A model generated the notes under the pieces. It was not told where the DNA came from. It saw only the letters and a program-made list of their open reading frames with translations, and searched no databases. A program made the position numbers and the translations under genes. Shown one piece after another: positions 1 through 13,045 of a stretch of 64,000 bases of DNA; position 1 is the stretch's first letter, and each line of letters begins with the position of its first letter. This DNA comes from Saccostrea cucullata (lineage: Eukaryota), in the NCBI RefSeq assembly GCF_032062105.1, contig NW_026928671.1:124001-188000 (forward strand), read 5' to 3'.

Positions 1-1650
1 CCTCCCTGATTTACTGCTGATGTAATGTTTGAATAAAATAAACTAACCCATTTCCTCATAGACTTTCCAAAATTAAAGAATTTAAGTGATTTTTGAATAA
101 AAGCCCAAGAGACAGAATCAAATGCTTTTTCAAAGTCAACAAGAAGAAGAAGACCTGGTATTTTTTCTTCTTCTGTGTATTGCATAATGTCATAGATTAG
201 TCTAATGTTTTCAGCTATATGCCTGCCCTGTATAAAGCCTGTTTGATCAGGATGTATAATTTTATCTAGAAACCTTCTAATTCTATTCGCAATTGAACCA
301 GATGCAATTTTATAAACTGTGTTTAAAAGAGAGATAGGTCTCCAATTTTTTAACAAGTGTTTAGGTTTGTCACCCTTCGGTAAGCAGGTAATGATTCCAT
401 GTCTCTGAGTTACACTTAAAATATCATGATCATATGCATAATTAATTGATCGGACAACAAAAACGCCTATAAATTTCCAAAAGACCTTAAAAAATTCTGA
501 GGTAAAGCCATCTGAGCCAGGTGATTTATTTGATTTCATCCTAAAAAGTGTTTCTCCTGCCTCCTTCATTGTAATTTGACCTTCTAATGACCTTGACTCT
601 TCATTGGAAAGCTTTTTAATATCTGAAAAATTCATTTCCTCCTGAAGGTTAACATTTTCAATAACATCATCTACATTTCTATATAAATTTTCATAATATT
701 GTTTGGTTGTTTTTAAGATATCTGACTGATTATAAACTGTCTCTCCATTTTCTAATTTAATTTTTGGAATAATTTTACTTATGAAATTTCTTGACTCGAG
801 ATTACAGAAATATTTTGTCGGTTTCTCCCCTTCTTCTATCCATCTTGCCCTTGACCTTATATATACACCAGCCATTTTTTCTTTTCTAATATCTTCCAAC
901 TCTTTTTTTTTTCTTCAAGAGTTTCATTATTGCTTGTAGATCCCTGTGCCAATTCCTCCAGGGAACTTATTTCTTTTATAAGTTTTTCTTCTTTAAAAAT
1001 TCTGGATTTTTTTTTAAAAGACGAATACGAAATACATTTCCCTCTAATTTCCATAAGAAGTGTTTCTAAAAATAACTGGTCATTGACTAAAAATACAATA
1101 TTTTCATCTTCAATAGATTGCAAGTTATCTATATTGTATACTGGAACTGCATACTGCTCTTTAACCCTTTGTATCACCCCCTTAATTGAGTTTAAAAATT
1201 CTTCATCATATAAAAGAGAATTATTAAATTTCCATAATCCTTTGCCTTTCTTAAAATCATTGAACTTTAAACATAAAGTAATAATCGAGTGGTCGGACCT
1301 ATAGCTAGGTTCTATAGAACTTGTTGTAACACTTGACAGTAAATTCTCCGATACAAGAAAAAATTCTAATCTACTTTGCTTAATGGGACTTTTTTTTCTC
1401 CAAGTATATCTCAAAGCATCTGGATTATTTTGTCTATAAATATCAACTAAGTTGTTATCTTCCATAAGCTCTATAACCCTCTGCTTGCATTAGGGTTATT
1501 TATATGTTTATAATTATAGTAGTCTAATTCAGGCTTTAAAACAAGGTTAAAGTCACCACATAATATAACATTTTCACAATTAAAATCATTAATGTACTCA
1601 TGTAATCTTTCATAAAAATCAGGGTTATCATTGTTTGGTCCATATATACA
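1..1650 (-). mobile_element. Decayed L1/Tx1-clade LINE ORF2 fragment (APE endonuclease + linker + N-terminal part of reverse transcriptase), runs off the window start
   Basis: Endonuclease motifs IYGPN, ILCGDFN, YTW, SRLEFFL, YRSDHS and GLWKFNNSLL lie at 857-1650. RT motifs on the minus strand (1-540) include KSPGSDGFTSEFF, WRPISLLNTVYKI, DQTGFIQGRHIAENIR and LLLLVDFEKAFDSVSW. Frame breaks near 1470 and ~900 indicate inactivation. Confidence 0.92.
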
Positions 1651-1654
1651 TCTA

Positions 1655-2225
1655 GAGAAATTTCTGTGAAATTGTTTCAAAATGCTACTCCTCCTACAGT
1701 TTTGGTTCGATTTCAATATAACTTGGCACACAAGTAGACTACACTAAGATACATTATTTTGTGCATCGGTTTTTGATTTAGATGAACGGTGTTGCCAAGG
1801 TTACTAAAAATAGAAATTTGTGTGAAATTGTTTCAAAATGCTACTCCTCCTACAGTTTTGGTTCGATTTCAATATAACTTGGCACACAAGTAGACTACAC
1901 TAAGGTACATAATTCTGTGCATCGGTTTTTGATTTCAATGAACAGTGTTGCCATGGTTACTAAACTTAGAACTTCCTGTGAAATATTTTCAAAATACCTC
2001 ACCCCCATACAGTTTTGGTCTGATTTCAATATAACTTGGCACACAAGTAGACTATACTAAGATACATAATTCTATTCTATGCATTGGTTTTTATTTTGAT
2101 GAGTGGCAAGGATCATTTTTCTATTTATTGCTGATTTAAAATCTCAAGTCCCAACTGCTACTTTTCTCTTCCTTTGTTTTAAGTATAAACCAGTAGAGCT
2201 ACAGTCTCAACAGAGACTTCTGGTT
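1655..2225 (+). repeat. ~157-bp tandem repeat (about 3 units) ending in a Helentron/HINE-like 3' terminus
   Basis: The unit AGAAATTTCTGTGAAATTGTTTCAAAATGCTACTCCTCCTACAGTTTTGGTTCGATTTCAATATAACTTGGCACACAAG starts at ~1655, ~1812 and ~1968. A terminal short hairpin AGTCTC-AACA-GAGACT followed by TCTGGTT lies at ~2203-2225. This architecture resembles non-autonomous Helentrons carrying satellite cores in bivalves (inference). Confidence 0.7.
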
Positions 2226-3289
2226 AAAATGATAAAATAATAAACAACATGGATTGCAATTTTTTTTTTTTTTTATAAAACCATATGGTCTTTTATGAGG
2301 TCTTTATTTTTGTTTAAAAATTAAGCACTATATATTTGTATATTTAAGCTTCTTCATTTTGTGTTGTTGAAAGAAAATTCGTAATTTATATCCAAAGGAT
2401 AAGATAAGAATGTAGACTAGCATATTTTTTTACTCCTTATTTGCTATTTCAGCTCAGTTAGACCAGAGATGACCAACCTGCTGCCAATGTTGGACACCAA
2501 ATTAAACATTTATAGTGCATTCCTACTAGTGCCAGAAACTGTTACTGCTACACAAACCGTCCAAAAGGCATTAACCACAAACTGACAAAATTGGCATTAA
2601 TCTCAATTCCATCCAGAATTACCAGGTGCTTTCACTTACAGTTCTGCTCCAGAGTTATTTCCCTTAGAACTGTTCAAAGTGTACAAACTGTAGATAATGA
2701 TTATCATGAACTCGTTAACTTCAGTGTCATGTTTTAAATGAATTTGTGAGATGAGATTTCACTGTTGTCTTTTGCCCTGAAAGATGGTGATTGTGTTCTG
2801 TTTAATGTAATATTTATTACAGATAAAAACTTCTTAATAAAATAAATATGTGTTTGTGTCTATCCTTCTTTATGATTCACAGAACTTCCTTGCAAGATAA
2901 AATGTACCAATATAACTTCCTTTGCAAGCTCGGTTGTACCAAATTTTAGTACATGTATCTTCATTAGACAAATTGTGAAGTCTACAGACCCATATAAGAA
3001 AGTGTGTAGGTCATTTAACAAGGTTCAAATTTAATTTTTTTTTTACATATTTAATCATTTTAAATCTGGGAATTATAAATCTGGGAATTATTGTGGAATC
3101 CAGATAAATTTAATACCCTGGAAGCCATTATGTCCATAGTTAAAAAGTCAAAACATCATATACCGGTACATGAAAACTTGTATATCTACATTATGAACTC
3201 AGAGTTACTTTTGTTACGGTAATCAATAGTTGAATCTGTAACCTGTGTTACATTTACATGATACCTCAATTGCACCCAAATGAAAGGGG

Positions 3290-3755
3290 AGGTCAACATT
3301 ACTGCTACATCACCAAAGATTTCAACTCATTACCGCTACATTTTTTTTCAAATTTTCAACTGATCATTACCACTGCATTATATGAGCGATTTCTCAGAGA
3401 TGGCTCGTTCGATTTATACCAAACTTTCAGATCTGAAAGACATTCAATTTCAAAATTTTAATTTTTTTTTTTGTTTTATGAAATAATATAGATTTTAAAT
3501 AAACAAATAAATGAACACGTCCTGCTCAACCTCCTACTTTCACCTTCCCGTAGCTAGCAAGGGAAACAGGACTTATGCTTGTATATATTATACTTTTAAA
3601 AATCAATCCATACACACATAAATGGCTGGCTAACCAAAGAGGAAATATAGCGGTAATGTATACTTTTACATGTAGCGGTAATGTAACCTTTTTCGTAGCA
3701 GTAATGGCTATGTAGTGGTAATGAAAATTTCGAAAATGTAGCGGTAATGATATGC
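3290..3755. mobile_element. Degenerate MITE/DNA-transposon remnant with reiterated subterminal motif
   Basis: CATTACCGCTAC-like motifs at ~3297-3375 face inverted GTAGCGGTAATG-like motifs, repeated about 5 times at ~3648-3749. The ends and TSD are not resolved. Confidence 0.45.
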
Positions 3756-4696
3756 ACCCAATGAAAGAGGTTTCAATGTATCCACTGAAAGTTTTGTTTA
3801 TTAAAGTAATAAAGTACATCAGATTCCTTTTATACCAAATTTTTATTTGATATTTTACCTGCAACAAGCAAACATAACAATGCAGTATCTGCAACAGTAT
3901 TTTTGTTTAAGTGCATGGAAAAAAAACAAACAAACCAAAAAAACTAACTAACTAAACTAGATGTCTGACTGACATCTGAAAATGGAAGATAATAAAATAA
4001 AACAATTACACCAATAACTCTATCTTAACAACCTACATGCTAGTATGTGACACAAACATGCAATACACAATTTAATGAGCAATCATAATGCTGATTTTGC
4101 TGTGTTTTAGTAACATTTCATAAAAAAAAAACATATCATTGAAGAGTGCCTTTTAGCACCATTTTTCTGACAAGAAATCATATGCCATTTTTTAAAATTA
4201 AATTTGTTCAAGTAAAGGAAGGAAAATATTGATAAAAATGTTGTATAAAAGAAATGAAAATGTTCACAGGTATTTGATTATATAAAAATTTTAGTGACAT
4301 GATTAAAAATGTTTGGTACAAATTGCACATGAAATATTTAATGTTTTCTTAAAGAATTGAACACGCAGATTACATAAAGGTACAATCCACAATCACCATA
4401 ACAACATGACAACATTAATGTTTTGGTATTTAGGTGGGCACTACTAAATCAGCAGTAATGACAAATGTAAAAAAAAAAAAAAATACATAATGAAAACATA
4501 AAAATTCAAAAACATTGCATATTCATCCCTAAATTTGGAGTGTTCTAAAAATGAAAATAATAAAATAACTTAACAGTTGCACATTGAAAACAATATATCT
4601 TACATCTAATTCCACAAAAAATTGATTCAGAAAATAATGAATCTAGAGAAAACACATTTTCAAGTTTAAGGTTTCAATCAATGAAGTCCAGGAAAT

Positions 4697-7600
4697 TCAT
4701 CTGTGTGGACTGTCCACGCGACCAATGTTGTCCACAGGTCTGGTTTGAGGAACTACTTCCATCTCGGTATCCTGGACATAGGCACCAGAAATCTCATTCT
4801 GGCCTGTATCCAAATGACCCACAGTCTGGATTTCTTCCTTGAGCGCATGGACCTTCATGACCTCCCCCATACCCTTGGTTGTGCCTTGTCTGAAGAGAAG
4901 TCTGGATCCAGGTCGTAAAAACTCAGGCTGCTTCATGAATCGGAATATGACATGTGCCTTTTCATTGGTTTTAACAGATTCCTTCAATAGAAAATAATGC
5001 ATGACGTAACTTCAGTTAATTGCTTAACACTGAAGAGCAAAAAAGGACAACAGTTATGGTCAAAATTAAAGTTAAGGATATTACAGGAAGCATAAAAGCA
5101 AGATTTAATTGCAAAGGCATGAAAATATAGTTATTGACTCACAGATACTTCTTTTTGTAACAAACTTTTTACCCCTTCATATAATAATACAAGGTATTTT
5201 ACTCCAAATAAAATAATGTATCCTCACATGAATTGCAGGGTTTTTTTTTGGTTTTTTTTTTCGGAGATAGTGGCAACTCAATGTAGTTTGGAGTTAGTAC
5301 ATGGTGTATGTGTAATTATTAGTACATGGTGTATGTGTAATTATTAGTACATGGTGTATGTGTAATTATTATACAGTACTATGGGATAAAAAATATATTA
5401 TAGAAACAAGAGCCTGTGAATTGACTGTAAGGAAATACATACCTTATCTTTGATTATCTCCACTTTGCAGATCTGACAAACATTTCCTACATGAACAGTG
5501 GTTTCAAATCCTCGACTGATTTGATGGGTGTGGTAAAGCAGGTAAATACTGGCCTCAAATGTTCTACACACAAAGTTGTTAAAGGTGGACTCGGGGCTCA
5601 CTAGCACCATTCCCTGTAGAAAGGCAATCATCACAAAACTATTAAAAATACTGACTTGATATGAAACTACCCGTAATTCAGATATCCCCAAAGATTTCCT
5701 TTAATAGTTTTTGTTGTAAACAAAAAATTACTGGAGGTTTAATAAAAAGAAAAGCAGCTAATAGAAAAATGTGTTTATTTAGTGTCCAAGCATACATCAA
5801 CATGCATCTCTAAATGCAAAATAAATAATCAGCTGAGATTTTACTCACCCGCCTGAGAATATTTCTGTGTTTCTCTGTCAGAGCTACTGTAGCTGCCTGC
5901 CCGGCCTGAATGAGACGACATGGCACCCGATTCCTGTGAACAGTTTTGACCTTGACCTCCTTAAAGCTACCATCCTCCAGGGGACCTAGGTGGAGATTGT
6001 CCCCCTCCTTTATGGACCCTCGACTAATGTGGCCCCCTAGAACACTGTCCACACCAGGCACAGTGAACTGTGTGTCAATCTAAAAAGTTCATATAAAAAT
6101 TGTATTAATGAATTAAAAGTAAACATGCCAGAGAGAAAGCCATAAAAAATGAATGAAATTTGATAATTGCTTCTAATTCTGTATCACTTACCTGGAACTC
6201 AGTGTTATCTTGTGATAGTTTCTCCCTCTCTGTTACATTTTTCATTGATGGCAAAACATTCAGAAACTTGGTTAAGAGATCGGTATTCTTCCCAGTTACA
6301 CTGGAAATGGTAAATATAGGGGTAATTCTGAAAAAAAGAAAACATACAATATTTTATTTCATTGAAAAAATGACTAGAATCCAAGAAGTTATCTCCCATT
6401 TATTATTTAATTTGTGCATCACAAGTACAACAGTGTACTTTCTAAGCATAAAAAATTAGCTTTTCATAAGCAAACAGTACTGCAAAACCAGCTCACCTTT
6501 CAGAATTAAAGTTAGCTGCAGCAGTCATGGCATCGTCTTCAGATTTAATTCGTAAAGGGACCCGATTACAACCTGGTGATTTGAGTATTTTCTCCAGTTG
6601 TGAGACAGTTCTCTCGATCATGAATCTTCTGCACATGTCTATCTTAGTGATCACTACAAACACAGGAACTCCCAGGGCCAGGGCAAAACCAAGATGCTCC
6701 CTGGTAGTCCCAGCTGAAAAGGGGATTTTTTATCATTATATTTTTATAAAATAGATATTTTTATTGTTACACCATATGTACCAGTAATACAAATAATTTC
6801 CCCTTACTGGTAAATGCATTTACATGTGATTCAGTTTATTACAAAGGAATTTCTGAATTACAAACATGATATCAGAGTATGCAATCCATAATACATGAGC
6901 CTATCTACATATATACACATATCTACTATATATTTCCTTTCAAATTTCTAATTTCATAAATTATTTTGAAACTTACCCATTCCTGTGTTGGCAGAAACAA
7001 CTAGCATGGCAAAGTCTGGACAGTAACCAGTCAGACCAAATATAGTAGTCTTCAGGTACTTGTGATGACCAGCTAAATCTATGAGGGTTATTAGTTTGGT
7101 GGAATGTTCGCATATCTCCTCCACTGTTTTAGAGTCACTGTAGTTCACAATCTAGCAAAGCAAAACAACTGTTTTAAGGGTTACATGTAAGATGTAGGTA
7201 TTTCAGGATTTAATATGATTATCAATTCTTCAGTCAATATTTCATAAATTTTTCTATTCAGAAAAATAAATGTAAGCAAAGACCAATTTATAATCAGATG
7301 TTGAAATGAAAATTGAATCGATTTCTGTGCACCATCCTACCTCTCCTTGACTGTTGAACCCCAGGATTTCGTGACTTATACAGGAAGTTCTCCCAGTTTG
7401 GATTTCATGCAGGTGACGGAACAAATTCAGTCTGGCACGCCCCCTCCCATTGTCTAGTTCCCCCTGGGTGAGGACACCAAGCAAAGTGGATTTTCCAGCA
7501 TCCACATTCCCTAGTACTGCCAACTTCAAATCAATGAACTGAAAATGAACAATATTTAAAATCAGAAATTCACCCACTCAGATTCCTTGAGACCACAAAA

Positions 7601-10600
7601 AAGCCAAATTGAGAAAAAATAGTAAGAATGCTCCATCCTTAATATGCCAAACCATATAATTTAACTTAACAACAGTTTACCACTGAAGATAACTAAGAAC
7701 GACTTATCAAATTCCACTTTTTTTCTTATTAATTTTCTAAATGCCAAGGGCCTTCTTTGGAAAAATGCCTTTATTGAGTTTCAAATGTTAATGCCGACAT
7801 TTGAAAGTTCAACTCTCAGAAAGAGTAATTCCATAAATTCCAGAACATATTATTATCATTTCACTTACCTCCTGATTTTCAGGGACCTTTCTAACAAGGA
7901 TTTCTAAAGCTTTCCTTTGGCACTCTGCCCCCTCTGTCTCTACAATTCGCTCCCTTAGTATGCTTGTTGTTGCTCCTAGTCTGCAAAACATTATACATGT
8001 ACATAAGATCTTCAAAAATGCTTCAATTCAAACCCATAGTATCAATTTCTATAGAAATTATGACTTAATTCATTTATTTCTTTTTCTTAGTTCTGAAGAT
8101 GATGCAAACTGTGCAAGGTTCATCTATGAGATACATGCATTAGTGAGGAATAATTTTAGCTACAGGAAGGCTCATTTTGAGGATTGTTAACTCTGTCCCA
8201 TTAAATTACTGACTACCTTTTTTTCCCTAGAATTAAAGTGATAGAATTTTTTCAGTTCATTTTAATCAAAACCTTGAAGTATGAGAGATCATAGAATATA
8301 AAAATGTGGATAGAAGATAAGCCTAAAATTATGATACTCTGTCTATTCTACAGTGAAAAATTACAGTGCCGTCAATGTATTAATTTTTTAACTTTTTTTT
8401 TATTTTGAAATTCCCAGCTGAAGGGGTACAGGACTCTGTAGCAAAAAGGGCCAATGAAGCCCAGCACATTTGTTCATCTGTGAAGGAAGCAAGAAAGCAA
8501 ACATGATGTACAAATAGAACAGTGTTTTATTCATTCTCCTGACCTGCTGGCCATCCTGTTGAGTGTATTCAATGATGCTGTAAGTTCCTCCTCAGTAAGC
8601 CCCACCAACAGACCGTTGTCCTCTACCCCTATCTCGTAAATGGCCTCCCCTTCTCCCTCCTCCAACCGCCATTTCATCTGAGTGACAAGGTGCTCCACGC
8701 GAGACTCTGAGGGGTTCACTAGCTTCAACTATTAACACAATATGAAAAGGTTTATGATTAATTATGCATTGAAAAATGAGGTCTAGTTTAAAGGAAAATT
8801 GAGCATTTTTTCATTCATGCATATTTTTTTTAAAAATATCAATAACACTTCATCATGTTACCAATAATATGAAGAAATTATGCTTTATAAGTCTAAGTAA
8901 CATTCACCAAAAAAAACAATATGTTCTTGTTTGCATATTCAAGAATCATATTTGCATGTGAATCAATATTTTAAAAAAAATTCATCAAATATAGGTAAGA
9001 AACAAACCTTATACTCGATGTTTCCTTCTTCAATCTGGAAAAGATAGACAGAAATTTTCAAAATATTTACAGAATTTAGTGATTTTATTTTCTAATTGAT
9101 GATCCTTATCAGGAATAAAAAAGTATCAGTATCACTCAGTATTGAGAGCTCGGCTCATTTACAGAGTAGAGTTTTTTTTAATATGAAACATGATACATGT
9201 ACATTGTAATAACAGAAAGTTAAGATACTGGCAGAATTATACACAAACAATTTTAAAAAAAATTAATATTTATGATACTTAAAAAATAAGGACTTCATGG
9301 GCATCTCATTTGAAATCAATTTTTTAAAAATTCTTATGAAAAAAATATATTTTACAATATCATATAAAAATAAATTCTGCTTTTCTTTGTCTGTGTAGAG
9401 AACTAGGCTACATCATTGATCATCAAATTATGTTCGCAAAAGTGGTTGAGAGTAAGTACATGTACATGTACTTCATTTTTACAGGTAATTTAATTTGGCA
9501 GCTTTGGGGTCAACATCCTGCTTGAACAAGCTGACTTTGATCAGCAATTGCTCTTTAAGCAATAAGCCCCGCTAAAAACCACAATTAAGAAATAAATAAA
9601 AAGTTTAAAAATTTCAATGGGAATTGAAGTGGGTCGGTCACATAATAAAATCCTATGAAGGCCAAAGGCGCAAAAAAAATGCGCTCGGTTCTCGATTTAT
9701 TTCTCCATAATTTTAAAACTGTAATATCAAAATATTACTAACCATGTGTTCCTAACATATTCTTTGACTCTTTCCACAACAAAATATTCCTCATAATTGT
9801 TGACTTGTTAATAGTCCTCCTGGCCCTGATATTGCAATCATCGAACATTTTGCTTATTTATACTGCCAATTTGGTTTTAAGATAATTCGGTCCAATATGC
9901 TTCGTTCAGATGTCAACAACGAGAGAACTTGATAGAGGAGAGAGGAATTTTTTGAAATCTTCCATTTTTTGCAACTGAGGTAAGGATTTGGAAAAATTAA
10001 TCAAGAATCGAGCGCACTTTTTTGTGCGCAATAAATATACAGCTTTTTCAATGGGTGGCTCTGTAGCTCTCCGGTCTATCAATATATATTTTTTCGGAGA
10101 GCTACAGATCTGCAGCTAGCAAAGGATTCTTTTTAGAAGGGAATATTTTGTGAAAGGCTACTTGTAATCAGTAAAAGTCAATGGATTGTTGTCTGGGAAT
10201 ATTTGTATTCGTGAAAATTAATACTGAAAAGACACAAGAAACAAGTTCAAAGATTGATCATGTTGATGATAAAAATTTGGAGGATTCTCCAAATTTTGGA
10301 TGGGCCTAAAGGGATGGATTGAGACACTTGTCCGAACAAGTTCATTTGCAATCAAGTATTAAATTTGCTCAAAAACATTAAATTTATGATTTTCTTACAT
10401 GGGACATGATGGGTACTTAATTCTTATGAAGAAAAATGCTAAATTATCTGGATTTACTATTTAAATTAGCTAACTTTACATAAACATTATGCAGTAAATT
10501 TTTTTAATGCAAGCTATGTAGTCTAGAGAGACAATACAGATTTTCCATCCTGGTTAGAAAGACTATATACATATAATTCTTATTATTCATATAAGATTCC

Positions 10601-10985
10601 GGATCTCCTGCCACGTTTTATAAAAACAACTCAATTCTACGCATTTTTTTTTCTTCAAAAGAGTAGTTTGGCATGACACCGAAATTAATGAATTATAAAG
10701 CTGTAGGGCACTATAGATCTTAAAGGTTAACCCACTTTCAGTAATTACTGGGACAAGGTCACGTCACATATTCGTCGATTACAATCAAATGGTAAAAATC
10801 AAACACCAACATACCTACAATATATACACTGTAGGTATATACAAAAAAAGTAAATGGGTGCTTTGCAATTAAATGAAAAAAGATTAATCATAAAAATGTA
10901 AATTTTGACACCTTACCTCTGGGGGAAGTGCCGCAGGCAGTTCGATTGCGGGGTCTCCATTGTCATAAGCAATCACTTCATCCAT
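4697..10985 (-). CDS. GTPBP2: GTP-binding protein 2 (translational GTPase, ribosome rescue)
   Basis: Eleven GT-AG, phase-consistent exons: 10917-10985, 9008-9034, 8544-8728, 7869-7980, 7341-7538, 6977-7151, 6497-6713, 6192-6327, 5849-6079, 5443-5613, 4697-4981. Motifs: [35 protein letters not shown]1 [40 protein letters not shown]4 [18 protein letters not shown]. The start ATG is less certain than the internal exons. Confidence 0.95.
5293..5370. repeat. 25-bp intronic minisatellite, 3 copies
   Basis: TTAGTACATGGTGTATGTGTAATTA repeated three times in the last GTPBP2 intron. Confidence 0.9.
9667..10030. mobile_element. MITE-like element with ~40-bp imperfect inverted repeats in GTPBP2 intron 1
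   Basis: GCGCAAAAAAAATGCGCTCGGTTCTCGATTTATTTCTCCA at ~9668 is the imperfect reverse complement of TGGAAAAATTAATCAAGAATCGAGCGCACTTTTTTGTGCGC at ~9989-10029. The true ends and TSD are not resolved. Confidence 0.5.
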
Positions 10986-11099
10986 TCTATCGTTCTTTAT
11001 CGTATATGATGCCGTAGTTTTGGTATTAGATACATCTTACACTTCCTATTTGAGTAATGCGTTCTAAAATTGGATAACATTATGTCAGCTGTTGCTAAT

Positions 11100-11140
11100 T
11101 TTGGCGGCCATATTGCATCATCTAACTACAAGTCCCCGGA
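11100..11140. promoter_or_regulatory. GTPBP2 core promoter motifs: YY1-like and ZNF143/SBS-like
   Basis: AATATGGCCGCC on the minus strand (~11103-11114) resembles a YY1 site. ACTACAAGTCCC at 11125-11136 matches the ACTACAnnTCCC ZNF143/THAP11-associated motif. Both lie ~120-150 nt upstream of the predicted ATG. Confidence 0.6.
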
Positions 11141-12215
11141 TAATAATAAATAAAAAATTCTAAAATGAAAACCAATCTGGGTAAATTTTACGGATATGTG
11201 TATTGCAACTGCCTGATGAAATAAATGGAGTTTTGAATGAAATTTAAATACTGTTGGTACAAATTAAACACAAAAATTCGTTAGAATAATTTTTAACTCA
11301 TACAAATGTGAACTCGCCATAATTCAGTGCATTTAAAGTTTAAATTTTACCTACACAAGAAATGTGGACTATAAAATGAAAAATAAATACAACAAAATAA
11401 AATAAATAATTTTGCTTTAAATGGAATTCTCAATGTTAAATCATTGGCAAGTTTGTTGTCTTTGAGATTTTACTTCTTATGACTTACAAATGACCCCCTG
11501 TTGACCTTAAAGTCAAAAGGTCAAGGTAAAAAGCATAGAATTAAAAGCTTTCCAGCTCATAATTTTAATACAGTAAATATTTTAGTTAATTTGTGTCATG
11601 ATATCCAACTCCCATTGCCTAAAAGAAGACACCTTTTAATTGAAATCAAAAGGTCAAGGTTAGATATTCATAGATTGCATAAAATCAACCCTACCGATTG
11701 GGAGGTCTAAAGGTGAAAGGTTACTCGTTCCTTTCTCAAATGTTTATTTTAGGTCTTCAACCAACTTATTTTGTGGGGGACATAAATTCCTTGAATTTTC
11801 ATTCCTATTTTCATTAATTTTGAGTTCTTCAGTCCAAATCAAAATTTTTAACTTCAAATATCTTGCTGCACAGTGCTTCACGATTCTTTTGTATTCATAG
11901 AAAGAATCAGTTGATTTGTGTGAGTCTTGCAACATACTGTCCTCCTCCCAGATTTGTGCAAATATAAAATTAATGTAGATGTGTATCATACAGGATAAAT
12001 GAATGATAAATAAAAATATATAAATACTTTTCAAAGTTTTATTACAAGAAATAAAGCAGTAATTTAAGAAAGTAAAATCACAGGCTCATTCTGGTTACAA
12101 ATCACACAGCACATCTTCTAGCAAGATACTTAATAGATAATTATGAAGAATTGTTAACAGGTACATGTCATATATAGTTATTGCCTATAATTTTTCTGTC
12201 CATGATGAGTTGTCT

Positions 12216-12290
12216 GCCCACTATCATTCCTCCAGCCAAGTCAAGTTCAAAAAACTTTTAGACAAAGCTTTCATTACAGATAACATCAGC
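12216..12290 (-). promoter_or_regulatory. SECIS element (type II) candidate in SELENON 3' UTR
   Basis: Minus strand reads GCTGA TGTTATC TGTA ATGA A AGCTTTGTC T AAA AGTT TTTTG AACT T GACTTGGCT G GA G GAAT GATAGTG GGC. It shows helix I TGTTATC/GATAGTG, a UGAA/GGAG core with tandem G.A pairs, and helix II AGCT-TT-GTC/GAC-TT-GGCT. AAA lies 11 nt after AUGA, and there is an apical ministem AGTT/AACT. Folded by eye. Confidence 0.8.
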
Positions 12291-13045
12291 ACAAATTATC
12301 AATAAAACAGAAAACTTATAGTCCATAATAATAATATGCATGTACGAGGAACATTCTTCTTGAATTACATTAAAAACTATCGTGGTAAATTATTACATGA
12401 TATAGATTGAATTGTTGGCTTTGTGAACGTTCTAAAGTTTTGACAAATATTTTTAAGGTAGCTGTAAATTGTTAAATTTTCTAAATGTAAGACATGATCA
12501 ACAAACTGTTTAAGGACATGGCAAAATGCTTTACTGTAATATTATACCAATTTGAAAATATCTACTTTATGGATGTAAAATCATAATATTAATCATAAAA
12601 TTCACATAATATGAAGTAGATAAAAATAAAGAACAAAATTATGCACATAGGAAAAAAGCATAAAAGTAAATTAATACATCTAATAAAAATTCATAAATTG
12701 ATAAAATTCCCTCCTAGCATTAACAGTGATAAATGAGATCTGTCATAGCTGATGGAAATATAATTTACTATAATATCACATGTCCAGCATTGTGTGTTCA
12801 ATACCCTGATTGTAGAAATCTTATACAATAATAAATTATGAGGGCTTCACATACATATGAATTCTTAAAATGTACATAAAAAGAGACAACAAAAAGCTTT
12901 TGGCAATTGAATTTGCTGGATTTCTCTGTAAGATTAAAGTTTGATTAGAATTATTTAGAATCTAAAACGCTAAAACTTACAGTATTAATACATTTAAATT
13001 TTATACAAGCTCCAGTGAGTTGTAAATAGAAGTTGAATTTGCAGT

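Noticed and set aside
12780-12860. Second SECIS-like hairpin (GTGA AGCCCT ... AGGGT ATTGAA) in the SELENON 3' UTR
   Set aside because: Spacing, apical loop size and core register do not fit SECIS geometry when folded by eye.
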